Positions 26,391 to 39,453 of a stretch of 64,000 nucleotides of DNA are shown one piece after another (position 1 is the stretch's first letter; each line of letters starts with the position of its first letter). The notes beneath the pieces were generated by a model, which was given only the letters and a program-made list of their open reading frames with translations, was not told the origin of the DNA and did no database searches. A program made the translations under genes and the position numbers. Origin of the DNA: Octopus sinensis. Lineage: Eukaryota. The DNA is taken from positions 137,082,001-137,146,000 of the forward strand of contig NC_043000.1 of the NCBI RefSeq assembly GCF_006345805.1, read 5' to 3'.

Positions 26391-27054
26391 CTCACATCAG
26401 TTTAATTATATTTATCTCTCTCTCTCTAACTTATAATTTTCTTTCCGACTGTTCTCGTTCACTTCATCTTTTATTCTATTTCCTTTGCGTGCGTGCGTGC
26501 GTGCGTGCGTGCATGTACGATGATGTCTGCATGTGTGTTGTAAAGAAGCGCGCACACCACCGCAACGCCATTTCCCCCCATTTGTTCTATCTCTTTTCTT
26601 CCTTAGCACACTTTTATATACATATATGTGCGCAGAGCTGTGTGCACGAACACAAACTCGAGAGCACGATCATGTAAATACGTGAACTCTCGCACGCAAA
26701 CCATATCACACGTCATCTTCGTCACACTTCTTATTTCTCCGTGTTACATATATATTTCTCCGTTCACACTTGTCTTTTCGCCTCTCTCACACTTTTCCCC
26801 CCACTTCCCCTGCCTCGCTGTTGCTTTCTGATTCTTTAATTACACGCAGAGAGACACATGCTATGTATCAAAATCGTTTCGGGCTTTCACTAACTTCCAT
26901 ATAAATATGCATACATAACAGAGACATACATAATACATTTATAATTCAAGCACAGACAATTTCTTTCTCGCACGCGCAAGCAGACGTATTCAAATATATG
27001 TATATATATATTGATGCTCACACTGTCACATGTACGCACGTATCCATATCACAG

Positions 27055-28315
27055 TTAGTCAACGAACGAAGAAGAGAGAGTGTTCAATACTTGGTAGGGA
27101 ATACAAAATATAGTGTTTATTCAAACTGAATTCATTTTCATTTTCCCCGAATTTCCTCTTCGATCTTCAGATAAGAACGGTTTTCATTCAGTATTTGGGT
27201 AAATCTTTTATACACTGGATTGGGTGATTAATTTTGTTTATCACTACCGATTTCATTGGCTAGTTTATCATATAATTTTATTAGGAGCATTGCCTACTGT
27301 TGTTGTCGTTTCATTTGTTAATTCGTTGGGTGTTTTGTGTTTTCGTTTGCTGACTTCGTTGTTCTGGTTTACTTTCATATAATTTTTCAAACCCTGTTCT
27401 TGTTTCTCTGAAATTACTCATCTGTAATATCATTTCCCATTAGTTCAACTCAGCAGTCGTTTTGTTCCTGTTCATCTATTGCTTAACTTCGTCCTGCTTC
27501 CTTTTCCATAAAGCAGAAGAGATTCTGTACTTATTTCGTTGTCCCGAGAGGTTTCAAGAGCAAATTGAACTTTGGAAGGATTCGAATTTAGAACGTAAAT
27601 ATTCATAATAAAATACTGCGCATAATTTTACCAGAAAGTCCATCAGTTCAACCACCAATCAGTCAGGTTTCATTAGATATATTAAAACTTATAACGTTAA
27701 CCTTCTTTGATAAAGACAGTTTTTAACTTAGAAAAAGAGACAATAAGTTCCTGGAAAACTATCGATGTCTTGCGCCATCAACAGGTAAGTGCAAAAAGGT
27801 TAAAATTACAATGTATTATGGGATGGAAGCACTCCGTCGGTTACGACGATGAGGGTTCCGGTTGATCCGAATCAACGGAACAGCCTGCTCGTGAAATTAA
27901 CGTGTAAGTGGCTGAGCACTCCACAGACACGTGTACCCTTAACGTAGTTCTCGGGGATATTCAGCGTGACACAGAGAGTGACGAGGCCGGCCTTTGAAAT
28001 ACAGGTACAACAGAAACAGGAAGTAAGAGTGAGAGAAAGTTGTGGTGAAAGAGTACAGCAGGGATCACCACCATCCCCTGCCGGAGCCTCGTGGAGCTTT
28101 TAGGTGTTTTCGCTCAATAAGCACTCACAACGCCCGGTCTGGGAATCGAAAACAATGTATTATATTGCCTTTATGAATATGATTTTCTTTCATTTTCAGA
28201 AAAACTGCTGAAGAAGAATTTTGTCCGAAGTGTTAGCCGATACCTCTTCTTGTCAGAGAAGCAATTTCTTTCATCTTTTAATTTCGATTTTATGACAATC
28301 TTACAGGGAACATAA
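27055..28315 (+). CDS. Candidate spliced chain of four small exons (27055-27093, 27171-27198, 27732-27784, 28200-28315); neuropeptide-precursor-like reading
   Basis: GT-AG at all junctions with compatible phases; strong acceptors at 27170 and 28199, perfect CAG|GTAAGT donor; SQRTKKRECSILDKNGFHSVFGKRDNKFLENYRCLAPSTEKLLKK..; no start codon or signal peptide found. Confidence 0.4.
27820..28151 (-). mobile_element. 5'-truncated tRNA-SINE (family E) with 12-bp TSD
   Basis: TSD ACAATGTATTAT at 27808-27819 and 28152-28163; body matches 29089-29410. Confidence 0.92.
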
Positions 28316-28517
28316 TCTGCGAAACATGTTTTCTATCCGGTTGAAGCTAATCCCTTCCACACACGCTAATAATAATGCAATTTCGAACGGCATGAACAGC
28401 ATATCTTTCTAAAAACGCTTCACCCCTAACACATCGAATCCATACTTCCCGTTAAGAAGGAACGAATGCAGGTCCTTCAAGGTATAGATGCTTCTTATTT
28501 TCAATGAAATACATACA

Positions 28518-28681
28518 CAGCAGGAGTGGCTGTGTGGTAAGTAGCTTGTTTACCAACCACATGGTTCCGGGTTCAGTCCCACTGCGTGGCACCTTGGGCA
28601 AGTGTCTTCTACTATAGCCTGGGGCCGACCAAAGCCTTGTGAGTGGATTTGGTAGACGGAAACTGAAAGAAGCCCGTCGCA

Positions 28682-28714
<33 letters not shown>

Positions 28715-28923
28715 CTGTGTTTGTCCCCCTAGCATTGCTTGACAACCGATGCTGGTGTGTTTATGTCCCCGTTACTTAGCGGTTCGGCAAAAGAGACCGA
28801 TAGAATAAGTACTGGGCTTACAAAGAATAAGTCCCGGGATCGAGTTGCTCGACAAAAGGTGGTGCTCCAGCATGGCCGCCGTCTAATGACTGAAACAAGT
28901 AAAAGAGTAAAAGAGTAAAGAGT
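28518..28923 (+). mobile_element. Family-A SINE, full
   Basis: Head/core/tail. Confidence 0.92.
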
Positions 28924-29088
28924 ATACTGTAGCACGTGATTATTTGGGGTGAGATATAGTCGGATAAACCTACACCTGCTAATTTATGTTACAGATTTTC
29001 AGGAGATGGGAGGACAAAGTTGATCTCGGCGGGATTTGAACTCAGAAAGCAAAGAACCATAATTTAATATCTCAAGGCATTATGCACT

Positions 29089-29476
29089 TGATGGAAGCTC
29101 TCCGTCGGTTACGACGACGAGGGTTCCGTTTGATCCGAATCAACGGAACAACCTGCTCGTGAAATTAACGTGTAAGTGGCTGAGCACTCCACAGACACGT
29201 GTACCCTTAACGTAGTTCTCGGGGATATTCAGCGTGACACAGAGAGTGACAAGGCCAGCCCTTTGAAATACAGGTACAAGAGAGACAGGAAGTAAGAGTG
29301 ACAGAAAGTTATGGTGAAAGAGTACAGCAGGGATCACCACCATCCCTGCCAGAGCCTCGTGGAGCTTTAGGTGTTTTCGCTCAATAAACACTCACAACGC
29401 CCGGTCTGGGAATCGAAACCGCGATCCTACGACCGCGAGTCCGCTGCCCTAACCACTGGGCCATTGCGCCTCCCAC
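29089..29476 (-). mobile_element. Full tRNA(Arg)-like SINE (family E) with 12-bp TSD
   Basis: Head GGAGGCGCAATGGCCCAGTGG..GGTTTCGATTCCC; TSD GCATTATGCACT at 29077-29088 and 29477-29488. Confidence 0.93.
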
Positions 29477-29659
29477 GCATTATGCACTACGCTCTCACGA
29501 CTCTTCTAATCCATCATCCTTCGACGAAAGAATATATTATTTACAGTATAAGATTTGAGACTTCAACTCCAAATAGTTTAATCGCATGTTCACTCTTTGC
29601 CTTCATCTAAGGCTTAATTTCGCTTATTTATCTGATGTCAGAGGACGGAATCGTCGTAC

Positions 29660-29767
29660 CATATAAATTGAGCCGATGTGCCATGGAAATTCAACAGATG
29701 AACCATATAAATCGAACTGATGTACCGCATATACTTCTAAGTCAATGACTGGCTTAGAAGCCAATAG
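29660..29767 (-). CDS. Candidate exon LLASKPVIDLEVYAVHQFDLYGSSVEFPWHIGSIYM
   Basis: Strong acceptor CCATTTCTTTCATTTCAATAG|, ATG|GTACGA donor, 108 nt, only phase 0 open. Confidence 0.45.
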
Positions 29768-30089
29768 CTATTGAAATGAAAGAAATGGAGGGAGGGAGTG
29801 GGTGGGTGGAATAAAAAGTAAAAAAAAAACCCAAACAAACAAACAAACAAAAAAACAAAACTAATCTATATTAATGGCTTTAGGAATTTTTCTTCTTCTT
29901 TCCTTTATTAAACAATACACACACCTCTGCAGATACATTGGTATACACGCACGCACGCACGCGCTCGCAGACACATACACACACATATGCCATTCACATA
30001 TTTTCACACATACACACTTTCATACATAAGAAATGCTTGATGCCATCATCATTCTGCCTTTTGCTCAGTTATAGCAGCGTTAAATACGT

Positions 30090-30617
30090 GTGAGGTGTAA
30101 TATATAATATATATATATATATATATACACACCACACACACATATATATATCTATATATATATATATATTATATATAGTATATATATACACCACACATAT
30201 TATATATAGATATATATATATATATATCTATATATATATACACACAAACATATATAGTATTATATATATATATATATACACACACACACATATATATATA
30301 TATATTATATATATATATATATATTATTATATATACACACACACATATGATATATATATATATAATATATATATATATATATGTATATGTATATATTATA
30401 TATGTATATGTAGTTATGATATGTAGATATTATGTATATGTATATATATATATATGTAATATATGTATATGCATATATATATGTATTATATGTATATCTT
30501 TATATATATTATATTATATATATATAATATATGATATATATGTATATAATATATACATATATGTATATGTATATATATATATATGCGCACACACACGCTC
30601 ACATATACGTATGTGTG

Positions 30618-30660
<43 letters not shown>

Positions 30661-30700
30661 ATAATATATTATAAATATATATATATTCTATATATATTAC
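30090..30700. repeat. (TA)n-rich microsatellite
   Basis: Direct observation. Confidence 0.97.
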
Positions 30701-30934
30701 TAATGATACTTACTATTATGTATATATAAAGAAAGAGAGAGAGAGAGAGTAAGAGGTAGGTAGATAAATATGCATATACATCCCTCAAACTATCTCTCTC
30801 CCTCCTCTCTTTCTCTGCACGTGCGCGTGCGTGCATGCTTGTGTGTGCAAGCTTGTGTGTACAGAATGTACACAATCATGTCGTTAATTCATAGCTGATA
30901 AAACTCTCCCACTACCTACCTACCTACCTATTTA

Positions 30935-31620
30935 TACATACATGCATGCATATATATATACACACATGCATAATACAAACATACATACATACATACACAC
31001 ATGCATAATACATACATACATACATACATACATGCATACATACATGCATTCTTACATGCATACATGCATACATAAAATACATACATACATAATACATGCA
31101 TGCATACACATATACATACATACATGCATACATACATACATACATGCATACATACATACACACATGCATAATACATACACACATACATACATACATACAT
31201 ACATACATGCATACATACATGCATATACATACATACACACATGCATACATACACGCATACATACATACATACATACACACATGCATACATACATACATAC
31301 ATACATACATACATACATGCATACATACATGCATACATGCATACATACATACATACATACATACATACACACATACATACATACATGCATACATACACGC
31401 ATACATACATACATACATACACACATACATACATACATGCATACACATACATACACACATGCATACATACATACATACATACATACATACATACATACAT
31501 ACATACATACATACATACATACATGCATACATACATGCTTACATACATGCATACATACACGCATACATACATACATACATACATACATACATACATACAT
31601 ACATACATACACACATACAT
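30935..31620. repeat. (CATA)n array ~700 bp with CATG/CACA variants
   Basis: Direct observation; source of MYVC/HTYI ORFs. Confidence 0.98.
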
Positions 31621-31779
31621 GCAAGATTCTTTCACTCTGTTCTATTTTCTTCGCATAGACATTGTTTTCATGGCTCTAATTAATTTTTAATTTCTTTTAC
31701 AGCAATTTTAGAGGAAAAATACCTAATTTGCAAACCGAGCTGCTTATAATGAAACACATGCACACTTATTAAATGTGCG

Positions 31780-32095
31780 CACACACACACACGCACACAC
31801 ACAACACACACATACACACACACATACACACACACACACACACGCACACGCACACATACACACACATACACACACACATACACACACACGCACACACATA
31901 CACACACACACACACATACACACATACACACACACACACACACATACACACTCACACACATACACACACACTCACACACACACGCACACACACATACACA
32001 CACACACACGCGCACACACACACATACACACACACAACACACACATACACACACACATACACACACACACGCACACACTCGCGCACGCACATACA
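31780..32095. repeat. (CA)n array
   Basis: Direct observation. Confidence 0.98.
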
Positions 32096-32464
32096 CAGCA
32101 CGTGTACGTGCGCTCAATTATTTTTCCGTGTGTGTTATGTTATGTGACTTTAATTAGTTATGTGCATGCTGGTGTGGTTATCTCCTTCCATCCACCATTG
32201 TGCATGCTTAAAAGAAGGCGATAAATCAACGAAAGGAACCGTGAAAGGTTATTTTAATGTAACTTTCCAGGCATTTTATTTTTACATCTTTAATCTTAAT
32301 ATCATTTATCACCAGCGTTGGCGGCATGACCGAAAACTGGGTCGTTAAATTGACACACTCTATATATTCTTTATTCCTTATTCGGTTAAAATCCTACATG
32401 GAGTTTCTTCGAGATCGGTGGCTCCATTTTTGGGGTGAAAACATTTTTGATGACAGAATAGTCT

Positions 32465-32782
32465 TTTACTCTTTTACTTGTTCCAGGCATTTGACTGCGG
32501 CCATGCAGGAGCACCCCCTTTAGTCGAGCAAATCGACCCCAGGACTTATTCTTTGTAAGCCTAGTACTTATTCTATCGGTCTGTCTTTTGCCGAACCGCT
32601 AAGTTACGGGGACGTAAACACACCAGTATCGGTTGTCAAGCGATGTTGGGGAACAAAGACAGACAAACATATACCCACACACATACATGCATATATATAT
32701 ATATACGACGGGCTTCCTTCAGTTTCAAATTTTGTGAGTGGATTTGGTAGACGGAAACTGAAAGAGGACCCTCGTGTGTATT

Positions 32783-32855
<73 letters not shown>

Positions 32856-33045
32856 TTGTCCCCCCAACATCGCTTGACAACCGATGCTGGTGAGTTTACG
32901 TCCCCGTAAGTTAGCGGTTCGGCAAAAGAGAATGATAAAATGAATACCAGGATTACAAAGAATAAGCCCTGGGGTCGATTTGCTCGACTAAAAGGCGGTG
33001 CTCCAGCATGGCCTCAGTCAAATGACTGAAACAAGTAAAAGAGTA
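32465..33045. mobile_element. Two headless family-A SINEs in adjacent inverted orientation (32465-32726 minus, 32731-33045 plus)
   Basis: Reverse-complement bodies meeting at ~32728. Confidence 0.88.
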
Positions 33046-33419
33046 TATATATGCTATGTCTTGGATTCTTCAATTTTGTCCATCCCCTCTCTCTCTCTCT
33101 CTTATCCTGTTTTATAACATTGTTGCTGAGTAAATAATTTATAGTAATTGTTTTATTGAGTACTCATTAAATTTCGTGTCGTCTTTAAGTGAATTTAGGA
33201 GCATTTTATGTCTATAACACCCACACAATCGCACGAGTGTGTCCACGCTTATACGCTCGCTCACGCACGCACACACGCTCACACACACACACATACACAC
33301 ACACACATACATACACACACATGTAAGGTCTGTAAAACGTATATTAGTATATATTTATAAATAGTGAAAGCCTTTGTCTGATGCAGAATTCTATACTCAG
33401 TGAAAAATTCTTCTATATA

Positions 33420-33718
33420 CTCTTTTACTCTTTTACTTGTTTCAGTCATTTGACTGCGGCCATGCTGGAGCACCACCTTTAGTCGAGAAAATCGACCCCG
33501 GGACTTATTCTTTGTAAGCCCAGTACTTAATCTATCGGTCTCTTTTGCCGAACCGCCAAGTGACGGGGACGTAAACACACAAGCATCGGTTGTCAAGCAA
33601 TACCAGGGAGACAAACACAGACACACAAACACATATACATATATATATATATACATATATACGACAGGCTTCTTTCAGTTTCCGTCTACCAAATCCACTC
33701 ACAAGGCATTGGTCGGCT
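33420..33718 (-). mobile_element. Family-A SINE, 5'-truncated
   Basis: Tail, microsatellite, part of core. Confidence 0.9.
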
Positions 33719-33934
33719 TGACAATGTTCACGTGAGACTCGAATAAACTCTTACTTTTTGACATAATAAGCACCTCCTCATATCCACATACAGACATGCT
33801 TACAGACATAGAAGCGTCGCCTGGTTTTAAAGATAGGGGCAGCGAGTACGTAAAAATGGGCGCGGTGACATAAACCAAACAATTTTCAACCCATTTCTCA
33901 TGAAATTTTCATTACTTATCATCACCATCATCGC

Positions 33935-33977
<43 letters not shown>

Positions 33978-33980
<3 letters not shown>

Positions 33981-35075
33981 TAGTTTTATTTTTATAGCGT
34001 GCTTTCACTTCACTACCGAGCGCAGCTCTGTGTGCCTTGGGTATGTGCTGTGATTTGTTGTGATGCTCTGATGGTTATTGTATGGAAAGTGTTCTGCGTA
34101 GGATGTGTGCAGTGCCTAGTAGTGCAATTTTCTGTATGTTATATGTGTTTGTAAGTCCTGGTGTTTTTGTTATGTATTTGTCTGAATATTTTTTTATCAT
34201 GCCTAATGCACCTACTATGATAGGAATTGTTTCTGTTTTCAGATTCCACATTCTAGTTACCTCTATTTCCAGCTTTGTATTTTGAGAGTTTCTCCATTTC
34301 TTTTAGAGACACGTTGTCATCAGCCGGTATTGATACATCAATTAGAAAGCATTTTTTTTCTTCATGATCTCTGACAACTATATCTGGTCTATTGGCCTTA
34401 ATTTCTCTATCTGTGTGTATCGGCATATCCCAGAGTATGGTTGCTTTCTCGTTTTCTGTGACCTTTTCTGGTGTGTGCCTATACCATCTTTTTTCTCTGT
34501 TGTTATTCCATAATGTTGGCATAGCTTCCAATGTATGTAGGTTCCAACTCTGTCATGTCTGTGAATATATTCCTTCTTAGCCAGGACTGGGCAGCTAGAG
34601 ATAATATGATTTATTGTTTCTTGTCCATCTCCACATATTCTGCAGTTACTTGTAATATTTCTTTTCATTACATGTTTTTGGTAATTTCTGGTGGGGAGGC
34701 TTTGGTCTTGTGCTGCATTAAAAATCCCTCTGTTTCTGCTTTGAGTCCTGAGCTTCTCAACCATTGCTGGGATTTTTCTTTGTCTATTTCTTTGCGTTTA
34801 GTTTAGTCCAGTATTTACCATGAAGGGGCTTTTCTTGCAATCGTTTTATCATGGTTCGTTGCTGTTCTATTTTTAGTTTGGATTTCATTTGTTTTATAGC
34901 TTTTGTTGTTTCTTCATCTTCTTCTTCTTCTTCATATTTGTTAGGTGGTATGATTTCTTGTTTGTATTTGTCAGCTTCCTTAAATACTGAGAACAGTTTT
35001 TTGTTTTGCTCGTGTTTTGTCGCTATCTGGATCAGTTTTCCTTCCTTCTGAAGTAGATATTTTTGCAGTAGATAT
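33978..35075 (-). mobile_element. 5'-truncated R4/Dong-clade non-LTR retrotransposon (CCHC knuckle plus restriction-like endonuclease), frameshifted
   Basis: KPLHGKY, AAQDQSLPTRNY, CRICGDGQETINHIISSC, RHDRV, NRPDIVV..LIDVSIP, KLSKY, LLGTAHILRRTL; stop 34075-34077; (TAA)n tail. Confidence 0.92.
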
Positions 35076-35512
35076 CATTATTATCATCATTATCATTATT
35101 ATCATCATTATTATTATCATCATCATTATCATTATTATCATCATCATTATTACCATCATTATCATTATTATCATCATTATTATTGTTATTATCATCATTA
35201 TCATTATTATCATCATTATCATTATTATTATCATCATTATCATTATTATCATCATTATCATTATTATCATCATCATTATCATTATTATCATCATTATTAT
35301 TATCATCATCATTATCATTATTATCATCATTATTATTATCATCATTATCATTATTATCATCATTATTATTATTATCATTATCATTATTATCATCATTATC
35401 ATTATCATCATCATCATTATCATCATCATTATCCTCCTCCTCCTCCTCCTCCTCCTCATCATCATCATCATCATCGTCATCATCATCATCATCATCATTA
35501 TTATTATTATTA
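35075..35512. repeat. Compound (ATC/ATT)n trinucleotide array with (CCT)n block
   Basis: Direct observation; source of polyI/polyDN ORFs. Confidence 0.98.
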
Positions 35513-35520
35513 GTTGTAGT

Positions 35521-35592
35521 ATTCAGGTCACTGCCTGGAATCGAAATCTTGGGGTTAGTAGCCCGCACTCTTAACCGTTGCGCCATATGTCT
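35521..35592 (-). mobile_element. tRNA-like SINE head, inverted copy of 35593-35668
   Basis: Reverse complement of the adjacent plus head, small deletion in B-box region. Confidence 0.88.
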
Positions 35593-35667
35593 GGGCATAT
35601 GGCGTAGTGGTTAAGAGTGCGGGCTACTAACCCCAAGATTCCGAGTTCGATTCCAAGCAGTGACCTG

Positions 35668-35699
<32 letters not shown>

Positions 35700-35925
35700 C
35701 ACTACTACTACTACTACTACTACTAATAATAATAATAATAATAGTAATAATAATAATAGTAATAATAATAATAACATCGAAAAATATCTTAGGAATGAGA
35801 ACCCAGGTTCGAAATTTGCCCAAGATACCTGATGAAGGCTAGAGGGTATATCAGCCGAAACGTTGTGTTAACAACAAACAAGATGAGGACAAATATCCGT
35901 CAGATGTAAATAATGTAAATAATGT
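35593..35925 (+). mobile_element. tRNA-headed SINE with (TAC/TAA)n linker and HHR-containing Penelope-like tail
   Basis: A-box TGGCGTAGTGG, B-box GAGTTCGATTCC; HHR at 35825-35868; AATGTAAAT tandem tail. Confidence 0.8.
35825..35868 (+). ncRNA. Minimal type I hammerhead ribozyme motif
   Basis: ATAC-CTGATGA-A-GGCT(12-nt loop)AGCC-GAAA-CGTT-GTGT; palindromic ACGT in place of stem III. Confidence 0.7.
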
Positions 35926-36115
35926 ATTAATTAATATCTTGTGTCATATTTCATTATCAATGTCATTATGTATAAAACTTACAACTACTGATATAGGTGT
36001 GACGCAAAAAAGATGAGATTTCATGGGATCGTTCAGTATCGAGAGGTTAAGCCGTTAGGATTTATTTTGGTTCTTCTGATGTCAGCAGCTACCAACACAT
36101 CACAGGAGATTGAGC

Positions 36116-36529
36116 GGATCTTTTCGGTTTGACCGGTAGTTTTTTAAAATAATTTCCACGTAACTAAGCACTTTTAAACTTTATATACTGGTAAAATATG
36201 TTTATAAAACATCTTTTTCTCTTGGCTTTATTGAGAAAATTCTATAGCTTGTAAGATATTTTTTCTTCAATTTCTGCAATTTCGACCAATCAATGACGTC
36301 TATTGAGGTGAAAACATTCTGTGCTGTATGAATATGTCCCTCGTTTAAGAAACAGATTGGGTTTATTTACATTTCTGAAGAAAAAAAAAGATACCCTTCC
36401 CCCCACCCCTAACTAACCCTAACCCTAAAACAGATTGAAATGCAATAGATCTATACTAGGGTCATAATTATGGGTGACAATTTCATATGACACCGCTAGA
36501 AAAAACTGCCGTTCAAACCAAAAAGATCC
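36116..36529. mobile_element. MITE with 30-bp TIRs (GGATCTTTT..) and 8-bp TSD (Merlin-like)
   Basis: TIRs with 3 mismatches; TSD GATTGAGC/GATTGAGT; same family as 24564-25138; fragments near 42020-42300. Confidence 0.88.
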
Positions 36530-37199
36530 GATTGAGTAGACTGTTGGAAAACTCGGGAGGTTAGTCAAATAAAGAAATGACTCCATAAAATTCTTTCAAG
36601 ATAATGCGAGTAACAAAAAAAAAAAATGAGTTCGATTTTTATCGCACAAGTGAACTAAAAAGGTAAAAAAATATTGCTGAAAAGGTGCCAGTTTTGAAAA
36701 ATATGCATGGCGGGAGCAGCCGCTCCCTTGCCGACCCCGCTTTAGCTACAACACTGTACCCACGTAAGTCAGATAACATACCTTCGTAAGGTTTCTAACA
36801 ACCAAATTTCATTCCCACGCATCAAAGTCCAAACAGAAAAAGCGCAAATCAGAGGTATCAGCCATTTCGATCAAACTAACGTTTAATATTCTATTTGTTC
36901 TTATACGAAAACAATTTGTTTTGCATTTAATTCATATTTTCCTCTTCATCACATCATTTGAACTGGCTTCAAAGCTGTCTCGTGTTGGCTGATCATTAGA
37001 CACCATTAGATACATTTTGTTTTATCTATTTATATATTTATTTTAGGTGAAGAGAACTTATAAAACACGCAATTTAATATCGTATTATAATTTTTGCTTG
37101 TTTCTCCGTTAGCAAGTTAGCACGTGCCTTACGTTCTGTTGGACAGTTAGCTCTAAAGATTAATATCATTATTAAAGGCGACGAGTTAGTAGAATCGTT

Positions 37200-37597
37200 A
37201 GCAGGAGTGGCTGTGTGGTAAGTAGCTTGCTTACCAAACACATGGTTCCGGGTTCAGTCCCACTGCGTGGCATCTTGGGCAAGTGTCGTCTACTATAGCC
37301 TCGGGCCAACCAAAGCCTTGTGAGTGGATTTGGTAGATGGAAACTGAAAGAAGCCCGTCGTATATATGTATATATATATATGTGTGTGTCTGTGTTTGTC
37401 CCCCTAGCATTGCTTGACAACCGATGCTGGTGTGTTTACGTTGCCGTCACTTAGCGGTTCGGCATAAGCACCCGATAGAATAAGTACTGGGTTTACAAAG
37501 AATAAGTCCTGGATTTGCTCGACTAAAGGCGGTGCTCCAGCATGGCCGCAGTCAAATGACTGAAACAAGTAAAAGAGTAAAGAGGGTAAAAGAGTAA
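37200..37597 (+). mobile_element. Family-A SINE, full
   Basis: Head/core/tail. Confidence 0.92.
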
Positions 37598-37804
37598 GAC
37601 CGTACAAACTGTTCCGGCCTGATGTTCTGCGTTCAAACTCTGCCAAGTTCCACTTTACTTTTCATCCCGTTCGATTCAATAAAATAAGCAACATGTGAGC
37701 ATTAGAGACGATATAATCGACTAACACCCTCCTGACAAAAAATTCTGGGTTTTTCTTTTTTTTTTTTTTTTTGCCTTTAATAGAAATGATTATTATATCC
37801 TGGT

Positions 37805-38040
37805 AGAGGGCGGCGAGCTGGCAGAAACGTTAGTACGCCGGGCGAAATGCGTAGCAGTATTTCGTCTACCGTTACGTTCTGAGTTCAAATTCCGCCGAGG
37901 TCGACTTTGCCTTTCATCCTTTCGGGGTCGATAAATAAAGTACCAGTTACGCACTGGGGGTCGATATAATCGACTTAATCCCTTTGCCTGTCCTTGTTTG
38001 TCCCCTCTATGTTTAGCCCATTGTGGGCAATAACGAAATA
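37805..38040 (+). mobile_element. Family-B SINE monomer, full
   Basis: Head GGCGGCGAGCTGGCAGAAACG to tail GTGGGCAATAACGAAATA. Confidence 0.92.
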
Positions 38041-38809
38041 TATATCCTGGTAGCATGGTGGTTATTTGCCTCTGAAACAACTAAGAAAACTGATTGAAGA
38101 AGAAAGTAGTTGTCCAATTTGTTTCGTTAACACCGGCCTATGCTGTCGTCATTATATAATTGATACGTATATCTTATTGTTGTTGTTGTTGTTTAGCCAA
38201 AGTACTGCTTTGATCGAGTAGACCAATGATCAAACGTTTTCTAGACGTGATCATCCTTATGTAGCAGGGCCTAAATTGCTTACTGAAGTACATTGATGTA
38301 GATATGTAAGCATAATCTGCAGAATCGTTATAACGTGGGTAACAATGCCGTGTGGTGTTTATTTACAGCGCTTTACGTTTTGTGCTCAAATCCTGCCGTG
38401 GTCAGCTTGCCTTTAATCTCCTGGAGCCGATAAAATAAGTTCTTTTTGTACGTCGGAATCGATATAACCAAATATTCTGCTCCTTCAACACTTCAAAAAA
38501 TCAATAAGATTGATCACTTATTAATAGAAACTTCCGATCAAATGGGTGAAGTAATTGACTCTATTTATCTGCAGTAATCTGTGACGATATAAATAGTAAT
38601 ATTGATTTCCTACATAGGACCTAAATATCAAGTTTGGGAAAGGAGTTAGTCGATACCATTGACCCTAGTACTTGCAGGTACTTTCTTTTATCGAACCCAA
38701 AGGGATGAAGAGTAACGTCGGTGGGATTTCGACTCAGAACGTCGAGAGCAGGAATAAATACTGCAATGTATCTTGTCTGACGCCCTAGTTATACCCGAAG
38801 TAATATTAG

Positions 38810-39362
38810 TTTCCAATTTTGGTACAAGGCCAGCAATTTCGGGGTCGATTACATCGACTATAGTACTTATTTTATCGACTTGAAATGATGAGAGTCAACT
38901 TCGGGAGAATTTGCACTCAGAACGGAAAGACGGACGAAATACCTATTTCTTTACTACCCACAAGGGGCTAAACATAGAGAGGACAAACAAGGACAGACAA
39001 ACGGATAAAATCAATTACATCGACCCTAGTGCGTAACTGGTACTTAATTTATCGACCCCGAAAGGATGAAAGGCAAAGTCGACCTCGGCGGAATTTGAAC
39101 TCAGAACGTAACGGCAGACAAAATACCTATTTCTTTACTACCCACAAGGGGCTAAACACAGAGGGGACAAGCAAGGACAGACAAACGGATAAAGTCGATT
39201 ACATCAACCCCTAGTGCGTAACTGGTACTTAATTTATTGACCCCGAAAGGATGAAAAGCAAAGTCGACCTCGGCGGAATTTGAACTCAGAACGTAACGGC
39301 AGACGAAATACTGCTAGGCATTTCGCCCGGCGTGCTAACGTTTCTGCCAGCTCGCCGCCTTA
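38810..39362 (-). repeat. Tandem multimer (~3 units, 184 bp) of family-B SINE
   Basis: Junction AAATACCTATTTCTTTACTAC near 38937 and 39121; head only on last unit. Confidence 0.9.
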
Positions 39363-39415
39363 ATTCTGGAAGTAATATTGTTAATAACATGCAAATGTTG
39401 ACACATGAAGTGCAG

Positions 39416-39453
<38 letters not shown>

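Noticed and set aside
35593-35668. tRNA-Ser(ACT)-like gene; also Arg-like heads at 29400-29476 and 57420-57497
   Set aside because: No acceptor-stem pairing and continuous with SINE bodies
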